This document shows, in pieces, positions 10,299 to 19,859 of a DNA stretch of 64,000 nucleotides (position 1 is its first letter; each line of letters starts with the position of its first letter). A model generated the notes under the pieces. That model ran no database searches and had not been told where the DNA came from. It worked only from the letters and a program-made list of their open reading frames with translations. Where the stretch lies: positions 108,111-172,110 of IMG/VR virus record IMGVR_UViG_3300035070_002905; one strand, 5' to 3'. The translations under genes and the position numbers were made by a program. This DNA comes from a virus.

Positions 10299-10305
10299 TA
10301 TTTTA
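10299..10305 (-). promoter_or_regulatory. Putative late promoter TAAAATA
   Basis: Directly downstream of a terminator and upstream of the 1555-aa gene; motif recurs in equivalent positions elsewhere. Confidence 0.6.
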
Positions 10306-10308
10306 GAC

Positions 10309-10334
10309 AAAAAGAAAGGGCCCGAAGGCCCTTC
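10309..10334 (-). terminator. Intrinsic terminator
   Basis: GAAGGGCC-TTCG-GGCCCTTTCTTTTT on minus strand. Confidence 0.8.
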
Positions 10335-10335
10335 A

Positions 10336-13300
10336 TTAGGTTGGTCTGATGACGTCGAGGAAATCCTCGTTAGCCACTGAATCGTATACAATACGAATCG
10401 CCGTGTCTGACACTCGGAATACTTCAGTGCCGTGTCGCAGGTGCGCTCCGTTGAACTGGAACCCTGCACGAGTATACTCGTCTGCAGTCATGTTAGGGAT
10501 CGCCCAGCTAGCTCCTGCCGCTACCGTAGCTGTGTACTCGGTAGAAATATCGAAGTTAACTGTAGGGACATCGCCGTTACGCTGTACTACCGTATAGATT
10601 CCACTGCCTGTATGGACAACCTTACCTACGATGTACGAGTCACGTGGTACCGGAAGATCCTCTACGATGTACGCCTGCATCTGCTCTGAAGTCATCGGCT
10701 CACCGATATACTTCATCAACGCGATGTTAGGACTATCGGAGCGAGCGATCAGAGTATCCACTACGTACGAGTTAGCCGGTACAGTCGCCAGGGCATCATC
10801 CGATGCATCCCAGTACTGGTTACCTGTAGCGGAGCCGCCTGGACCCCACTGGTAATCCGTAACGAAGGTACGAGCCAGCTCTGCGAAGCTAGTTCCGGCT
10901 ACTGGAATCAGAACCTCCAGATCTACCGTAGCGTCTGCCGCCGTGTTGTACTGACGTAGAGACTCTGCAATCACTCGACCGGTACGAACTGATAGGTTCT
11001 GTACGTTACGTGCAATGCTTCGGCCTACGACGACCGGAAGTCGTGTTAGATACTCGTTAAGAGTACCATCACCGAAGAACGGTCCGATTACGTTAGTAGT
11101 CAGAGTAGATCCCGCTATGCGAATCTCACCTACTAGTACGATCTGCGCTAGCTCTGCATCTGTGAATAGTCGTTCCTCGCCCAGTAGGAAGTTAGAACGT
11201 TTAATCACGATGTCGATGCTAGGAGAAGTAGTAGAATTAACTACTGTGTATCGTCCGGTGGGTGCTGTAAATGTACCTACTGGACATATACCGACTACTG
11301 CGTGCTGATCTGTAGCGACCATTCCATGAGCAATACCCGTCTCACCTGCGTACGATAGGTCTGTAGCGAATAGCTTAGCCTCGATCGCCGACATAGCGAA
11401 TGTCGTAATAGGACTCTCCAGCGTAATCGTCACTGCTCGATCATAACGTAGGCCGTAGTCTCCTACCGGAGTAACCTCCGTCTGAATCTTAGCGTTCAGC
11501 TCTGTCACCGCCGCCTGTAGCTCAGTCGCTACGATAGGGTTAGGTGAAGTATCCTGTGCAGGATCGTAACTAACATCTGCCGCCGTAATAGGAGGAAGAC
11601 TAATAGCACCTGAACCCGCAGCCGTAATATCGATCACCGCGTAGCTCACTACATCGGTATCGTCTACGTTGTGCGGAATGACCTGTAGTACAGTACTCCC
11701 GTCGAACGTACCCGTTACACTAGCACCACCGTTGATTAGCGATAGGACATCGGTAGGGTTACGTCGGATTATGTAGCTACCCTCGCCGAGTAACTTAACT
11801 GTAACCGTTGCAGAGTCAGGGACGTCTGCTTCTGTTACCGCGTTAAGGATAGGCGTTTCGAATACCCAGTCACGTACACCATCTGCGATGAAGATCGTAT
11901 TCTGAACGATATCCTCAATGGTAACATACACTGTCGGTAACGATGTGAACACCGTGAACAACCAGTCTGACAGGTAGACATTCGATAGGTTGGCTACTTC
12001 GCCTGTATCGAAACGGTTCTCTGAGACTGAACCGGTATACGGTTGGACCCAATTAGATACTATAGCCGACTGAGCATCTGCTGCAGTAGGAGGAGTTACT
12101 GTAAGGGTCATTACACCCCAGTTATTACCAGCCTTAGGAGCGATCTCTACTCGGACATCAAAGTAATCTACTACACCGGTGAAGGTGAATACCGTAGAAC
12201 CCATGGTGAATACAGTATCGCTGCCGACAACCTCTACGTCGATCAGTAGCTGACCTGCCGTATTAGGTACCGGAGAGTCTACTGCCGTCCAGCAAGACTG
12301 AAGACGAGCTTTACCTGATGCTAACTTGAAGTTATAGTCGATCACGTTACCGTTATCGAATACTACCGCCAGATTCTCCAGTGACATCGGACGGGTTAGA
12401 CCTGTCTGAGCAGTCGCTGAGGTATCTTCACATTGTAGTACGTTGCGTCCTGACTCGACTACCAGAGAAGGAGTACCTACCTCGGTCCAGCCTTGCAGTG
12501 TTGCATCACCGTTATACAGGTTAGTATTGTACGTTACGCGTGCCGTAAGGTTACGAGAAGTATGGAACTGAGTCTGAGACGTCAGGTCTTCAAGTAGATC
12601 CGGTACGATTACCACTAGCTCGCTGCTACTAGTAAGTTCGTGCTCGTTAGAGACTGCTGCGTATGTCGTATCCCCACCTTTCTGTACTAGCGCCGCTGCA
12701 AGTCGGTATCCGTTTCTACCTGAAGTAGGTAGAGATAGGATAGGAATACCTGCGGATAGCTCTGAGGCCGTGTACAGGGTGTCGCCCTTAGTAAGCAGTA
12801 GATCTCGAGATGAACCAGGCTTCTGGTAAATCCACAGGTAATCTACTGAGAACATACCTTCCGGGATCAGAGCATGCTGTGCGTTCGTTTCGTCTGAGTC
12901 TGGTACAGTACCTAGGATGTTATAGTAACGCCCATCGGCCTGCAGAACCTCATCACGGTTATCATCATCCGGCCATAGTGCACGCACGGTAGGTGACGTA
13001 GCGCCTAGATAAGGTACGACCTGTCCATACGTAGTACGGATGAATCCCGAGGTGATGTTGTAAGTAACACCTGCACCTGGGATTACGTTAATACCGCTAA
13101 GGATCTCCGAGATTGTACCTTCTTTAATCTCCTCTGAACCGTTATCTGCAAGCCATATACTCTCGGTAATAGTATTAATATTACCTGAGTCCGCTAGTAC
13201 GTGTGCGAAGTCCATCGCCCAGGGTTCGTTACTAGTGAATGAAGGGTTCTCACCTTCATCGCCTGTAAGTACAACGATATCATAGCCAGAGTTATTGATG

Positions 13301-14382
13301 TTAACTATGTTATAAGCGTTAGTGAACGTAGAGATATCATATTGTTCACGGTTGCTTACGATAAATAAGTTCTGTACTTCAAAATCTCTCAGTTGAATCG
13401 TAGGGATCGCAGGGATTACGTGATGTTGTCCACGGTATGTATAGCTAAGCGTGTTAACTAGACTTACTGTCAACGGGCCGGTCTGAGCCATATATCCAGT
13501 AGGTCGTTGGTTATCGCCATTCGTATCGAAACCATAACCGCCTTCTACTGGAACAATCTGGTATGGATTCCATGAGTTAGCGGCAGTGCCTGCAGTAGAG
13601 AAGATCGTACCGGCAGCTACATAGGTCTTAGGGAATGGATACCCGACTAAACCTGCACTGTTGAACTGTACGCGCGTACCTGCAGCTACAAGCGGCTGAT
13701 CGAAAGTAAAACGATAAACCCTATAGCCTACACCGTCTGGGTAGCCTGTCTGCTGATTGAAGATCGAACGGTTAAGAATGATCGTACCAGCTGAAGGCAT
13801 AGTATCCACGATGAACGTGTTATTAGTACTTACCGGAAAGCTACCGTCTGCCGGCACTGTAGCCGAGACGTACAGCGCATCGCCTTCATTAAGCGTAATG
13901 CCTGGAATAGCAGAGTATTCTAGTTTGTAAGTACCGTTAACGTTACCATCAGTAGCAATCTGTAGGAAGCCCAAGTCTTCGTACGCAAAGTTCTCACCTA
14001 GGAACGACGGGTTGTACGGAGCGTAGTTCTCTGCATCTACCGTCGCCAGTAGACGGGTACCATCGTTAGCCTGCATTAGACTCTGCAGGATAGTCTCTAC
14101 GCTATCGTCAAATGGTACGTAGGGATCTGGCACTTCGCCACTATACGTGATGTTAGCCGCATCGCCGGGAGCACCGCCACCGGTGCCCGTAGAGATGTCA
14201 AATAGGAAGTTCCCATTGTCCAACTCAATATCCGCCACGTTAGTACGCGTAGTACGACAGATATACGGAGTGCTAGTATCCTGAAGGATAGCTAGTTCAC
14301 CTGCCTGTACATCTGTTAGTATGGCTGTGGCTGCATCAGCCAGCTGTAACCTACGCAGCTGGTCTTGATTAATTGTCTTCAT
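10336..14382 (-). CDS. Large virion tail/appendage protein (1348 aa)
   Basis: Acidic, T/V/G-rich; N-terminal ~60 aa similar to the N-terminus of the 1555-aa protein; located in tail block. Confidence 0.65.
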   Translation of the reverse strand: MKTINQDQLRRLQLADAATAILTDVQAGELAILQDTSTPYICRTTRTNVADIELDNGNFLFDISTGTGGGAPGDAANITYSGEVPDPYVPFDDSVETILQSLMQANDGTRLLATVDAENYAPYNPSFLGENFAYEDLGFLQIATDGNVNGTYKLEYSAIPGITLNEGDALYVSATVPADGSFPVSTNNTFIVDTMPSAGTIILNRSIFNQQTGYPDGVGYRVYRFTFDQPLVAAGTRVQFNSAGLVGYPFPKTYVAAGTIFSTAGTAANSWNPYQIVPVEGGYGFDTNGDNQRPTGYMAQTGPLTVSLVNTLSYTYRGQHHVIPAIPTIQLRDFEVQNLFIVSNREQYDISTFTNAYNIVNINNSGYDIVVLTGDEGENPSFTSNEPWAMDFAHVLADSGNINTITESIWLADNGSEEIKEGTISEILSGINVIPGAGVTYNITSGFIRTTYGQVVPYLGATSPTVRALWPDDDNRDEVLQADGRYYNILGTVPDSDETNAQHALIPEGMFSVDYLWIYQKPGSSRDLLLTKGDTLYTASELSAGIPILSLPTSGRNGYRLAAALVQKGGDTTYAAVSNEHELTSSSELVVIVPDLLEDLTSQTQFHTSRNLTARVTYNTNLYNGDATLQGWTEVGTPSLVVESGRNVLQCEDTSATAQTGLTRPMSLENLAVVFDNGNVIDYNFKLASGKARLQSCWTAVDSPVPNTAGQLLIDVEVVGSDTVFTMGSTVFTFTGVVDYFDVRVEIAPKAGNNWGVMTLTVTPPTAADAQSAIVSNWVQPYTGSVSENRFDTGEVANLSNVYLSDWLFTVFTSLPTVYVTIEDIVQNTIFIADGVRDWVFETPILNAVTEADVPDSATVTVKLLGEGSYIIRRNPTDVLSLINGGASVTGTFDGSTVLQVIPHNVDDTDVVSYAVIDITAAGSGAISLPPITAADVSYDPAQDTSPNPIVATELQAAVTELNAKIQTEVTPVGDYGLRYDRAVTITLESPITTFAMSAIEAKLFATDLSYAGETGIAHGMVATDQHAVVGICPVGTFTAPTGRYTVVNSTTSPSIDIVIKRSNFLLGEERLFTDAELAQIVLVGEIRIAGSTLTTNVIGPFFGDGTLNEYLTRLPVVVGRSIARNVQNLSVRTGRVIAESLRQYNTAADATVDLEVLIPVAGTSFAELARTFVTDYQWGPGGSATGNQYWDASDDALATVPANSYVVDTLIARSDSPNIALMKYIGEPMTSEQMQAYIVEDLPVPRDSYIVGKVVHTGSGIYTVVQRNGDVPTVNFDISTEYTATVAAGASWAIPNMTADEYTRAGFQFNGAHLRHGTEVFRVSDTAIRIVYDSVANEDFLDVIRPT

Positions 14383-14385
14383 GTA

Positions 14386-14850
14386 TTACACCTCTAAATC
14401 TTGACGTCTCTCACGAGAAGCATTAGCATCGGTATCTTCCACGTTGAACTTGAACTTAGATACGCCGTTCTGATCGTACATAGTAAGCAGGTTCGTACGC
14501 TTATCCCAATACCAACTACCCATTGTAGCAGTCTTGATATCGTTAAGTTCATCAATAATCTGCGCATAGATTGGATCTATGATAGCAGTCGGAGAATAAT
14601 CAGTCATAATCTCCAGGACGTCATCACCGTCAGGTACGCCGTTAGGGTACTGTGTAAGATCTAGGGTTACTCGATGATAATTATTTGGATCGTTCGGGTC
14701 TGTATTACTAACTGTATAGTCGGTAATGCGAACCAGTTTGATCCCGTTAAGATAGATCGTTTCTGCGTCTTTAGAAAACGGGTTGACATCGAAGGCGTTC
14801 TTACCTACTGCATCATCTCCCGTAAAGACTTCTGAATATCCGTAAGCCAT
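14386..14850 (-). CDS. Small virion structural protein
   Basis: IYLNGIKL...DYTV motif shared with other virion proteins in this window; coupled to upstream ORF (TAATG). Confidence 0.55.
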   Translation of the reverse strand: MAYGYSEVFTGDDAVGKNAFDVNPFSKDAETIYLNGIKLVRITDYTVSNTDPNDPNNYHRVTLDLTQYPNGVPDGDDVLEIMTDYSPTAIIDPIYAQIIDELNDIKTATMGSWYWDKRTNLLTMYDQNGVSKFKFNVEDTDANASRERRQDLEV

Positions 14851-15335
14851 TACGCGGTACCTCCCGTCTTGTACATAGCCCTGATGTATAGGTCTGCAGC
14901 CTTAGTCCTTTGGTTCGTAACGAATGGACGACCTGCGTACTCGCTAAGACATGTATGGAATGCCTCGCCGTGCCCCTCATTATCTAGGACGTAGCCAGTT
15001 ACTTCACGTAGCATATCATTCTGAGGTACATTCGCTTTACCGAGGATCTTCCATGCTTCCTGAAAGGCGAACGCCAGCTCTAGTGAAGTAGGGATATCAG
15101 TATAGTGAGCGTCGGGGGTGTTGTTATTAGCCACCTCTACGAAGCGCAGGAAGTACTCTGCATCACCTAGGACTAAGTCAGGGTGTTCCTGTAGTGCCTT
15201 GAGCATTACAATCTGAACTACCGATAGCTCGTCGAAGCGAGCACCTAACTCTAGGCTAATTGTTTCTAACTCTAAAAAGTGCCAGTCAGGACCGAGTGTC
15301 TTGTCTAGCGATTCATCTAATTTACTTAATAGCAT
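14850..15335 (-). CDS. Hypothetical late protein
   Basis: AGGAG RBS; co-oriented, tightly packed ORF. Confidence 0.6.
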   Translation of the reverse strand: MLLSKLDESLDKTLGPDWHFLELETISLELGARFDELSVVQIVMLKALQEHPDLVLGDAEYFLRFVEVANNNTPDAHYTDIPTSLELAFAFQEAWKILGKANVPQNDMLREVTGYVLDNEGHGEAFHTCLSEYAGRPFVTNQRTKAADLYIRAMYKTGGTA

Positions 15336-15344
15336 CGTATTCTC

Positions 15345-16196
15345 CTATACCAGACTCTCTAGTACCTGTAGCTCTCCTAGAGGTAGTGCCTCGATGGCGT
15401 CCTTCATTTGGTGGGCTTCTTTAAGTAGCTGGCCGATATCATCACCTAGTGCAGCGCCTGCAGCCTCTGCGACTTTGATTAAGCTCTCAGCCGGTACGCT
15501 CTTCTTGTGTAGCTTAATAGAGCATGCTGCCTGCTTAACCATGAAGCAATCTTTATAGAATGACGGGCCGAAATAGTTAGCCGACTTCTCTAGTCCGCGG
15601 ATGGTATTGTAAATGGCACGGTTATCTTCTACGCTAAGCTTCTCGGGATCGGTAGATGCAACTACCTGAGCGATCTTAGTGAACTCATCCTCGCCGGTAA
15701 TATCTGCACGATGCTTGAGTGCTTCTACTGCAGCGATCTTACTCATAGTACCTGCGCCCGCGAAGATCTTGATGATATCTGAATCGACCATGCTAGAGTA
15801 GTTATCCACTAGACTCTCACACGCCGATGCGATCTTATCCATATCAGGTCGTACCTGGGCTAGCTGAGTATGAATGAACCCCTCTGCCTGTGCAACCTTA
15901 TCGCCTAGCTCTTGGACGCCTGCCTGACGTACCTGAGCGGCTTTAATCATCTTGCTAGTCATATCGGCTACAACACCGCGTACTTCGTATAGGTCTACTG
16001 CTTTATCAACTCGAGGGATTGCATCATAATCACCTGGACGGTGTGCGATCTTCTCAAGGTATGCCAGCTCTAGTGCGCTGACGATCGTGTGGTCTTTGCT
16101 GTCTGTCTCATAGTTACCTTCCAGTGCGGCCTGTTTGACCATCTCATTAACTTCTGGAAGAAGCTCTGCTACTTGACGAATAGTATGTAAAGGCAT
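15345..16196 (-). CDS. Putative internal head protein with multiple KxA motifs
   Basis: MVKQAA, LEKIAH, MIKAAQ, MDKIAS, FTKIAQ, LEKSAN; AAGGAG RBS. Confidence 0.6.
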   Translation of the reverse strand: MPLHTIRQVAELLPEVNEMVKQAALEGNYETDSKDHTIVSALELAYLEKIAHRPGDYDAIPRVDKAVDLYEVRGVVADMTSKMIKAAQVRQAGVQELGDKVAQAEGFIHTQLAQVRPDMDKIASACESLVDNYSSMVDSDIIKIFAGAGTMSKIAAVEALKHRADITGEDEFTKIAQVVASTDPEKLSVEDNRAIYNTIRGLEKSANYFGPSFYKDCFMVKQAACSIKLHKKSVPAESLIKVAEAAGAALGDDIGQLLKEAHQMKDAIEALPLGELQVLESLV

Positions 16197-16207
16197 ATAA
16201 TGCTCCT

Positions 16208-16720
16208 TTAAACGGGTAGGCCGGCCATTTGGCGGGCTCTTTGTAAAATTGTTGGGTCTTCAACTGGATCACTTGGAATACCCTGTAGCATCAGCATATC
16301 AGCTGCAATCTCAGGTTCCGTATGCGAGGCTACTCGATTTATTCGAGAGGTTACATCCAGTGCGTGTTTTTGTTTAGATCTGTCAGCAATGATTTTAGCG
16401 ATTGTCGCACCAGCACCTACGATACCGCCTGCTATGGCCATAGTCTTGTTGCTTGCTGATGTCCCCTTGGCTGCTGCCATAACGTTGGTCATTAGCGCTG
16501 CGCCTACAGCACCTTTAGCTCCAGCGCCTAGTGCGCCTCGGGCTTTATCTGCCAGACTGGTCTCGGGTACCGAGAGCTTTCCGCTGGCGTCCATAATAGT
16601 TTCTCGTTGACCTTGCTGATCCATGCTACGAAAGTACGGGCTGTTTAACTGAACTGCCGGCGATACTCCACGCGATGTATTTGCGATAAGTGCACGAGAT
16701 ACATTTGCAAGTTTTTCCAT
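16208..16720 (-). CDS. Putative internal/ejection protein with Gly-Ala hydrophobic segments
   Basis: Starts MEKLA; GAGAKGAVGAALM and AIAGGIVGAGATIA segments; GAGGAG RBS; TAAAATA upstream. Confidence 0.55.
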   Translation of the reverse strand: MEKLANVSRALIANTSRGVSPAVQLNSPYFRSMDQQGQRETIMDASGKLSVPETSLADKARGALGAGAKGAVGAALMTNVMAAAKGTSASNKTMAIAGGIVGAGATIAKIIADRSKQKHALDVTSRINRVASHTEPEIAADMLMLQGIPSDPVEDPTILQRARQMAGLPV

Positions 16721-16742
16721 AATGATCTCCTCTGTCTTTCAA

Positions 16743-16749
16743 TATTTTA
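16743..16749 (-). promoter_or_regulatory. Putative late promoter TAAAATA
   Basis: Sits where minus-strand transcription must restart after the + strand island. Confidence 0.65.
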
Positions 16750-16757
16750 GGGTATTG

Positions 16758-16778
16758 GGTTATAAGAGAAGTATAGGA
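16758..16778 (+). promoter_or_regulatory. Putative early promoter (GGTTATAAG variant)
   Basis: Matches the TGTTATAAG-N6-7-(T)GTAGG motif seen ahead of other early operons. Confidence 0.55.
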
Positions 16779-16801
16779 CAATCATTTTACCGGAGAACGA
16801 A

Positions 16802-16921
16802 ATGAACTCATTCATCGCACGACTAAAGAATCTTAACCTGCCGCAATTCCTGTTAGTAGTCTACCTGGCTGCTACGACAGTTATTGGGTCAGTATTTGCA
16901 ATCGGCACCTTCAAGGAGTAA
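16802..16921 (+). CDS. Small membrane peptide (39 aa, not in ORF track)
   Basis: GGAG RBS; MNSFIARLKNLNLPQFLLVVYLAATTVIGSVFAIGTFKE. Confidence 0.6.
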   Translation: MNSFIARLKNLNLPQFLLVVYLAATTVIGSVFAIGTFKE

Positions 16922-16924
16922 CAC

Positions 16925-17305
16925 ATGAAACTACCAGCACTAACGGAACTAGTGTTCAAAGATGTATATGCAGCGGGATTATCTGCACACAAAGCAATTA
17001 GTAAGTTCAACTCGGTTAACTGCCGTGCTAACTTCTCAACGACCGTGCCTAAGTCTATTCGTGAAATGGAATCTGAGTATACCGTGGGCGCGCACATTAT
17101 CAAGAACCACCGCGACCGCTATAAGTGGATGCCGCTAGAAGTGGAGTATGAAGGCGCAGAGTATCGCATCGTCGGTAAGCCTGAGATCTTCTTCCCGGGC
17201 TACGTAGCGATCGGTGACGACTACTACGCGGTGACTGCACAGGATCTTCTACGTGGTTACATTGAAGAGAGCATGCAGATCAGCAAGGACGAACTAGAAT
17301 GTTAG
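16925..17305 (+). CDS. Hypothetical protein
   Basis: AAGGAG RBS; operon packing. Confidence 0.65.
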   Translation: MKLPALTELVFKDVYAAGLSAHKAISKFNSVNCRANFSTTVPKSIREMESEYTVGAHIIKNHRDRYKWMPLEVEYEGAEYRIVGKPEIFFPGYVAIGDDYYAVTAQDLLRGYIEESMQISKDELEC

Positions 17306-17487
17306 ACATCGATGACTATGATCGCGAAGAAATTCGTGACATAGTATGCGAGAGTGACGAGCTCGTGCAGGCTATCAAGTATGAGATCTTAAATAATCTA
17401 GAGATCACAATGACAAATCCGTCAGAGCCAGGCGCTACTCCGCGTATCGCCCTGACCTACGACGGTGAGGTAATCAGTTCAATCTAG
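17299..17487 (+). CDS. Hypothetical acidic protein
   Basis: Overlaps previous stop; operon packing. Confidence 0.55.
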   Translation: MLDIDDYDREEIRDIVCESDELVQAIKYEILNNLEITMTNPSEPGATPRIALTYDGEVISSI

Positions 17488-17495
17488 GAGGCAAT

Positions 17496-17693
17496 ATGGC
17501 CAGAGGAATGGCAATTCTTGGTGTATCAGTTCGAGACGAGTACATCACACCTTACCTATTTGAAACCATGGAAGAAGCGAACGACTGGGAGGCTCAGGCC
17601 GACGGTTGCTACCGCGAAGTCCATACTGGAGAAGTGAAGATTGTTAACGGCCGCCTGCAATGGATGCGCGGCTTTGATAGACCGGAGGAATAA
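17496..17693 (+). CDS. Hypothetical protein
   Basis: AGGAGG RBS. Confidence 0.65.
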   Translation: MARGMAILGVSVRDEYITPYLFETMEEANDWEAQADGCYREVHTGEVKIVNGRLQWMRGFDRPEE

Positions 17694-18169
17694 TGCCGAT
17701 TAATGAAGTAGTACAGGGCGACTTGATCGCCCTAGCTAAGAACTATGAGTACGAAGCGATTGCGCATGGCTGTAACTGCCTGTGTACAATGGGGTCTGGA
17801 ATCGCACCGATGATTCGTCAGGCATTTCCTGCAGCATGGGAGGCAGATCAATTTACCGTGAAGGGAGATCGAGATAAGCTCGGTAGCTACTCAGTAGGAT
17901 ATGATGAAGGGCATGATATGTTCGTCTTCAATCTGTACACTCAGTACGATTACTTTGGTCGTAAGCAAGGCCGTCGAGACGTGGACTACAACGCCGTAAC
18001 CTCAGCATTCGCCGCCATGAATGAATGGTGTCGTGACAATGGTATTAGTGTTATAGGCATCCCTAAGATTGGCGCCGGCTTAGCTGGCGGTGACTGGGAG
18101 ACGATCAAGGAGCGTATCAATGCGGTTACTCCCGACTTAGATATTGAGTTAGTGGAGTATAATCGATGA
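17693..18169 (+). CDS. Macro domain protein (ADP-ribose binding/hydrolase)
   Basis: GDL, IAHGCNC..TMGSGIA, NLYTQY and IPKIGAGLAGGDW are phage macrodomain motifs. Confidence 0.9.
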   Translation: MPINEVVQGDLIALAKNYEYEAIAHGCNCLCTMGSGIAPMIRQAFPAAWEADQFTVKGDRDKLGSYSVGYDEGHDMFVFNLYTQYDYFGRKQGRRDVDYNAVTSAFAAMNEWCRDNGISVIGIPKIGAGLAGGDWETIKERINAVTPDLDIELVEYNR

Positions 18170-18729
18170 AACTGTTTATAGTCGCTCTTATCTTCGCATC
18201 GATAGCGATAACCTTCCTGACTAAGTCCGTGGCGATATTCGTTATCGCCGGTCTGGGTATTACCGTGGGAGTTATCCTATGGACTCAGTTCGTAGACAAG
18301 AAGGCTAAGGAGAAGTACTCTCCGCCTCCCCGCAAGAAGCGTGTAGTAGATCCATACGCTCCGCAGTACGTATACGTGATCATGAACCCTGCCTTTCGCC
18401 CAGGTATCTTCAAGGTCGGTATGACTACCGTGAGTATCATGGATCGAATCAAGCAGCTGTTCACTACCGGAGTTCCAGTACCATTCGCTACGGTACTTAA
18501 GTTCCAGGTAGATAACGGTAAAGAATACGAGAAGGCGTTGCACGTTAAGTTCGCCGATAAGCGTATCAACCGTCGCAGAGAGTTCTTCCAGCTAACGGAA
18601 GAGGACGTCCTAGAGATGGCTCTCCTTCCGGAATGCCAGGAACAAGATCCAGAGGCCCTTAGACGAGCTCTGAGCAAGGAAATGGACCTCACGTGGACAT
18701 TGCCTCAAGTGAAACGCAAAGAGGCTTAG
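18166..18729 (+). CDS. T5orf172/MUG113-type GIY-YIG protein with N-terminal TM segments
   Basis: YVYVIMNPA..G.FKVGMT, R..QL.TTGVP.PF, EKALH, R.REFF; hydrophobic residues 1-40. Confidence 0.85.
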   Translation: MKLFIVALIFASIAITFLTKSVAIFVIAGLGITVGVILWTQFVDKKAKEKYSPPPRKKRVVDPYAPQYVYVIMNPAFRPGIFKVGMTTVSIMDRIKQLFTTGVPVPFATVLKFQVDNGKEYEKALHVKFADKRINRRREFFQLTEEDVLEMALLPECQEQDPEALRRALSKEMDLTWTLPQVKRKEA

Positions 18730-18749
18730 AATAGCCTACAGGAGCATCT

Positions 18750-19148
18750 ATGCGATACCTAGTCTTCGCCGGACCGGAGTACTATCCCTCCGGCGGGGTT
18801 TATGATTTAAAGTTCCAAACGGACGACATCCAAGAAGTCTTAGACTTTATCGAGAACCCGATAGATGATAGCAGCCGGTGGCGTGAGAGATTCGATTGGG
18901 TCCACGCGCTGGATACTAAATGGGCACTTAAGATCGACCGCTATTTCCTAGGGCGTGCCAAACGTCTGGTATCCCTTATGGAGGACGGTCAGATAAAGTG
19001 TGAGAATGACTGGAAGCTTAAATCGATATGTGATGACCTAGTTATCGCAGGACTAGCTACAGAGGAACCTGACGGCCATTACGATATACTAGACGAAACT
19101 CTAGAAGGGATTATGAGGGAATATGGATGGAATGGTCTGACTTCCTAG
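18750..19148 (+). CDS. Hypothetical protein
   Basis: AGGAG RBS; N-terminus YLVFAG..YYPSGG..D. Confidence 0.65.
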   Translation: MRYLVFAGPEYYPSGGVYDLKFQTDDIQEVLDFIENPIDDSSRWRERFDWVHALDTKWALKIDRYFLGRAKRLVSLMEDGQIKCENDWKLKSICDDLVIAGLATEEPDGHYDILDETLEGIMREYGWNGLTS

Positions 19149-19351
19149 AACAAATGGGTATCACGGATGATACTACTATCGATGAACTAAAACAGATGCT
19201 GTACGAATCTCACTTCGAGAATATACAGTTAGCCGACCGATACGAAGCAGAAATCCGTGAACTGAAGACTAATAGTAAGGGTACTCTTAAAGAGGCCCTT
19301 AAAGTTAAATCAGAAATGGAATGCTTATGTCGAAAACTCCAATCTACTTAA
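19127..19351 (+). CDS. Hypothetical coiled-coil protein
   Basis: Overlapping operon packing. Confidence 0.5.
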   Translation: MEWSDFLEQMGITDDTTIDELKQMLYESHFENIQLADRYEAEIRELKTNSKGTLKEALKVKSEMECLCRKLQST

Positions 19352-19530
19352 AAGATGTACAACAGGCTGCGGAAGGCTTATGCCTAGAAGTAGTATCCGC
19401 TAACGATATCATGCTTGAATGTCGGACTCATATACTCTACGAAGATATCATCGAGTGTATGCAGTATTTGGAATCACAGGGGCAGGCTCAACGACACCGC
19501 TTAGGCTGGGATAGTTGGACTCTCCTATAA
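19321..19530 (+). CDS. Hypothetical protein
   Basis: Last ORF before bidirectional terminator; start may be 19327. Confidence 0.5.
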   Translation: MLMSKTPIYLKDVQQAAEGLCLEVVSANDIMLECRTHILYEDIIECMQYLESQGQAQRHRLGWDSWTLL

Positions 19531-19531
19531 C

Positions 19532-19559
19532 AAAGAAGGAGCCTCTAGGGCTCCTTTTT
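19532..19559. terminator. Bidirectional terminator
   Basis: AAGGAGCC-TCTAG-GGCTCCTTTTT between convergent ORFs. Confidence 0.8.
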
Positions 19560-19562
19560 AGC

Positions 19563-19859
19563 TTATCCAGCAATGACTGTACCTGCGCCTGCAGATACTA
19601 CAGAGCCACATGCCGTGGCATCTCCTACTCGTGCCGCCGGTTGACCGTTGATCAGTACGGTACCAGAGCCTGCAGAGATTACCACGCCGTGTGGGCCTGG
19701 AGGGTTAGGGCAGATCCAGCTATGTGGAGTACCCGAGTCTCCCACTCGTGCAGCAGGAGAACCTTCGATGATTACATCAGGAGATCCACTGGTTATTACA
19801 CCGCCAGACCAACATCCGTGCGGGGCGATTGCATCCCCGACTCTAGCTACACTGGGCAT
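19563..19859 (-). CDS. PAAR spike-tip protein
   Basis: VARVGD and two PAARVGD repeats with His/Cys metal ligands. Confidence 0.95.
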   Translation of the reverse strand: MPSVARVGDAIAPHGCWSGGVITSGSPDVIIEGSPAARVGDSGTPHSWICPNPPGPHGVVISAGSGTVLINGQPAARVGDATACGSVVSAGAGTVIAG

